From assembly GCA_963781585.1 (NCBI GenBank), contig CAWAGQ010000013.1, positions 32,001 through 96,000 on the forward strand: a stretch of DNA of 64,000 bases, given 5' to 3'. A model generated the notes under the pieces. The model was not told the DNA's origin, did not search any database, and worked only from the letters and a program-made list of their open reading frames with translations. Position numbers and translations under genes: made by a program. Below are positions 61,155 to 64,000 of this stretch, one piece after another (within the stretch, counting starts at the first letter, position 1; each line of letters starts with the position of its first letter). The stretch is from an uncultured Gemmatimonadaceae bacterium. Its GTDB lineage: Bacteria; Gemmatimonadota; Gemmatimonadetes; Gemmatimonadales; Gemmatimonadaceae.

Positions 61155-61532
61155 CTATCGGGTCACGCCCGGCGGCCGGCCTCTCCCCATCGGCATGTTC
61201 TTGCGGTTCTCGTCGAACACCTTTTGCTGATCCGGTGTCAGAACCGCGCGGATCTCATCGTACTGCTTGTTGTTGTTCTCCATCATCTTCGTGCGCGCGG
61301 CCGCCATCCCGGCGGAATCCATACCCTGCATCTGCGGCCGCATGGCGCGGTACTTCGCGACGATCGTGTCGACCTTCGTCTGTTGGTCGGCGGTCAGCGT
61401 GATGTTCTGCATCAGCGCCGTCATGCCGCCCCGGCCACGACCCCCACCGCCGCCACCGCCTTGCGCGTTGGCGACCGGCGCCACGAACATGCTCGTGGCC
61501 AGCACTAGGAGAAAAAAGCGAACCGACTTCAT
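61155..61532 (-). CDS. Spy/CpxP-like periplasmic protein
   Basis: Signal peptide, poly-Gly, LTADQQ and LTPDQQ (LTxxQ) motifs. Confidence 0.75.
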   Translation of the reverse strand: MKSVRFFLLVLATSMFVAPVANAQGGGGGGGRGRGGMTALMQNITLTADQQTKVDTIVAKYRAMRPQMQGMDSAGMAAARTKMMENNNKQYDEIRAVLTPDQQKVFDENRKNMPMGRGRPPGVTR

Positions 61533-61685
61533 GCAAATACCTCGAAGGGTGAGGGTGAGTACCTGGCCTGGGGGGCGTAGTTGTACGCGGCCCGGCCTCC
61601 ACCTGTTGCGCGGAGGTCAGCGCGGCGCGTCAGCGCTCAGACCGCCCCTGCTACCCGGCAACGGGCGCCCGCGGCCATTGATCCC

Positions 61686-62729
61686 CTACGTCACCGATCG
61701 GTTGGCGTACACATCGCGCCATCGCTGCACTCGCTCCACGACGTCGCCGACCGTGATGCGCGCCATCCGTCCCGACCGGGTCGCAGCACTGACCGGATAG
61801 GCTTCGCCGGGCTCGCCGTAGGCGTCAACGATCAGGTCGTGGAAGCGGCGATACGGACCGGTCCGACGCGGATTCGTATATCCCATCACGCTGACGACCG
61901 GTCGATCAAGCGCAACCGCCATGTGGAGGGGACCTGTATCCGGCGACAACACGAGGGCCGAGCCCTCCAGGATCGAGACGAGGTTCCGCAGTCCGCTGCC
62001 GAGCGCCGACATCGGGGGCCGGCGCGCGGCGGAAAGGATGTTCTGTTCCGAACGAATTTCCCGCGGCGAGCGCCCGCCAACGAGGACGGGCTGCAGGCCG
62101 AAGTCGTGGTAGAGCACGTCGGCCACCTGCGCCCATCGTTCAGGGAGCCAGTCCTTGGCAGGGTTGCTGGTGGCCACGACGATCGCTGCCACCGGACGGT
62201 CGAACTGCGCGAAGAACTCACGCTGCCACGTCCGCTCCGGTTCCCAGGGCCCGAGGTGCCATTCGACCGGTTCACTCGCCACACCCAGCGCGGTGAGGAA
62301 CTCGAAGTACTGATCCTGCACGTGCTGACCGGTCTGATGCGGCGGGATGCGGTGTGTCGTGAACAGCCAGTTCAGGTCGCGTGCGCGCGCGCGGTCGAAA
62401 CCGAGCTTGACCGCGGCGCGCGCAAGGGCGGTCACGACGCCCGCCTTGAAATACACTTGCAGATCCAGCACCAGGTCGAACTGTCGCGAGGCCAGCGCGC
62501 GCCCGACCTCGACAAAGGCCCGGAGGCCGCGGGCGCGATCGAAGAGGATCAGCTCATCCACCGCCACGTGGCCACGCACGAGACTCGCAGGTCCGGGTTG
62601 GACCACCCAGGTGATCCGGCACCCTGGATGGTGACGCTTGAGAGCGTTGACGACCGGGAGAACGTGCACGGCATCGCCGACTGCGCTCATCATGACGATG
62701 CCGATCCGATCGAGACCCGCGCTAATCAT
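61686..62729 (-). CDS. Glycosyltransferase family 9 (LPS heptosyltransferase)
   Basis: SAVGD, FDLVLDLQ, KDW, DTGPLHMA.A. Confidence 0.9.
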   Translation of the reverse strand: MISAGLDRIGIVMMSAVGDAVHVLPVVNALKRHHPGCRITWVVQPGPASLVRGHVAVDELILFDRARGLRAFVEVGRALASRQFDLVLDLQVYFKAGVVTALARAAVKLGFDRARARDLNWLFTTHRIPPHQTGQHVQDQYFEFLTALGVASEPVEWHLGPWEPERTWQREFFAQFDRPVAAIVVATSNPAKDWLPERWAQVADVLYHDFGLQPVLVGGRSPREIRSEQNILSAARRPPMSALGSGLRNLVSILEGSALVLSPDTGPLHMAVALDRPVVSVMGYTNPRRTGPYRRFHDLIVDAYGEPGEAYPVSAATRSGRMARITVGDVVERVQRWRDVYANRSVT

Positions 62730-63490
62730 GCGCGCGATGGCATCGCCGCCAGCGATCGCAGCTGTCGCAGTTCGTCGTCGTCGAATCCCGCTCCGTTCTG
62801 CTCGCGCATTTTTCGAACGGAGCGCTCGAGCCGCGCGAGGTTGGCGGCCTGCACGTTGGGGTCGCCTGGCGGCGCGAAGCGGACGCGATCGACGTCGAGG
62901 ACGAAGGCGCGATCCACCCCGGTCGCATCGGGAACGAGGAAAATGTTGCGGACGTTGAGGTCGGGGTGCCAGGCGCCAGCGCGGGTCAGGGCCTGCATGA
63001 GTTCGCCGAGCGACGCCAGCCAGGAACCTCGCGCCGGTGCCGCCGCAGGCGTCATCAAGGCGTCACCGAGGTCGTGGCCGGTGAGCTCCAGCGTCACGAA
63101 GTCGCTTCGGCGGAACAGCCACCCCGTCTGGTAGATGGCGAATGCTGCCACGGGCGGTGTTCGCACCCCGGCGCTGGCGAGGACGTACGAGACCAGCAGC
63201 TCGTAGGGGGCGCGGGTCGGTGGGAGAAAGACGTCCTTGAGCAAGGGGCCCAGCAGGCCGCCGTGGTGACCGTGCCGCACCACCACCCGACGTCCGTCGT
63301 TAGGCATCGGGACCGAGAACGCGGGGACCCGGCCGGGCAGTTCCCGGCGCTCGGGGTGCCGCGACGCCCACTCGTACAGCGTCCCGGTCCGCAACACCTC
63401 GCGTGTCCAGTCGACACAGGAGGTGTGCGCAACCACCCGCGTTGCCCCCACGCGGAAGTGGCTGAACTCCTTCGGCACCGGCAGCCTCAC
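62726..63490 (-). CDS. Kdo/lipopolysaccharide kinase family (KdkA/InaA-like)
   Basis: VRH..HGG, GVRTP, HPDLN..NI, LDVDR, NL.RL.RS..K. Confidence 0.8.
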   Translation of the reverse strand: MRLPVPKEFSHFRVGATRVVAHTSCVDWTREVLRTGTLYEWASRHPERRELPGRVPAFSVPMPNDGRRVVVRHGHHGGLLGPLLKDVFLPPTRAPYELLVSYVLASAGVRTPPVAAFAIYQTGWLFRRSDFVTLELTGHDLGDALMTPAAAPARGSWLASLGELMQALTRAGAWHPDLNVRNIFLVPDATGVDRAFVLDVDRVRFAPPGDPNVQAANLARLERSVRKMREQNGAGFDDDELRQLRSLAAMPSRA

Positions 63491-64000
63491 GACGCCGCGT
63501 TGTAGACGGGAAGCGGCGTGTCGCGACCGGGTACCCAGAGCGCCTCATGGGGGACGAGCGCGTGCGGCCGCGTCAGCGACTCCGCCAGCGCGGGGGTCAC
63601 CAGTATCTGACCCCCCTCTGCCGCCTGACAAAGGCGGTTCGCGGTATTCACCACGTCTCCGATAATAGTGTACTCCAGCCGCCGCTCGCTCCCCAGGTAG
63701 CCGGCAAACACCTCACCGTAGTTGAGTCCAACTCCAACCTGCAGCACGGGGCGACCCTCGGCGGCCCATCGCCTGTTCAGTCTCTCGAGCCCCGAGAGCA
63801 TCTCGAGCGCGGCCTCCAGGGCACGATCGGCGTCGTCGGGGGCGCTCCAGGGCGCGCCCCACTGCGCCATTACGGCGTCTCCGATGAACTTGTCCAGCGT
63901 GCCGCCGTGACGAAACACGCACTCCGCCATCTCGCTGAAGTACTCCGTCAGCAGGCGCGCCGTCGCGTCCGGCGTGAGTCTCGCGGCCAGCGGCGTGAAG
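63487..64000 (-). CDS. Class III adenylate/guanylate cyclase, C-terminal part (5' end outside window)
   Basis: GTLDKFIGDAVMA, VGLNYG, EYTIIGDVVNTANRL. Confidence 0.92.
   Translation of the reverse strand, partial: FTPLAARLTPDATARLLTEYFSEMAECVFRHGGTLDKFIGDAVMAQWGAPWSAPDDADRALEAALEMLSGLERLNRRWAAEGRPVLQVGVGLNYGEVFAGYLGSERRLEYTIIGDVVNTANRLCQAAEGGQILVTPALAESLTRPHALVPHEALWVPGRDTPLPVYNAAS

Overview
A 64-kb, GC-rich (roughly 65-70% by eye) bacterial chromosome segment. It is probably Gemmatimonadota-like, which is an inference from gene content and protein style only. It holds about 55 CDSs, mostly housekeeping: cstA-S9 peptidase-ybdD, icd, gcdH, etfBA plus a FadF-like Fe-S protein, the Moco cluster moeA/mobAB/fdhD, gpmI, guaB, futalosine-type menG-ubiD-ubiA-ubiX, mutM, purD, glmM/glmS, dtd, maf and LPS-core genes. 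I found no rRNA, tRNA, CRISPR array or transposase. The main unexplained signal is a non-palindromic octamer, CGTTAGGC/GCCTAACG. I counted 21 exact copies by eye plus 5 seven-mer variants, against about 2 expected from composition. It occurs on both strands and in five reading frames, forcing rare codons (TTA, CTA, AGG) into housekeeping genes. It behaves like a DNA-level signal of the uptake-sequence, HIP or protein-binding type. Other highlights are a lower-GC islet (11.8-16 kb) with an AraC-like regulator, a lipoprotein with a Gly-Gly-preceded, Cys-bracketed hydrophobic tail and a small 3-TM immunity-like gene; a peptidoglycan module with a catalytically dead L,D-transpeptidase, an active one and two M15 peptidases; a Rex/CRP-type operator at etfB; a SigW-type promoter in front of an anti-sigma gene; and two kinds of short intergenic repeat. 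Several single-base frameshifts may be sequencing errors.
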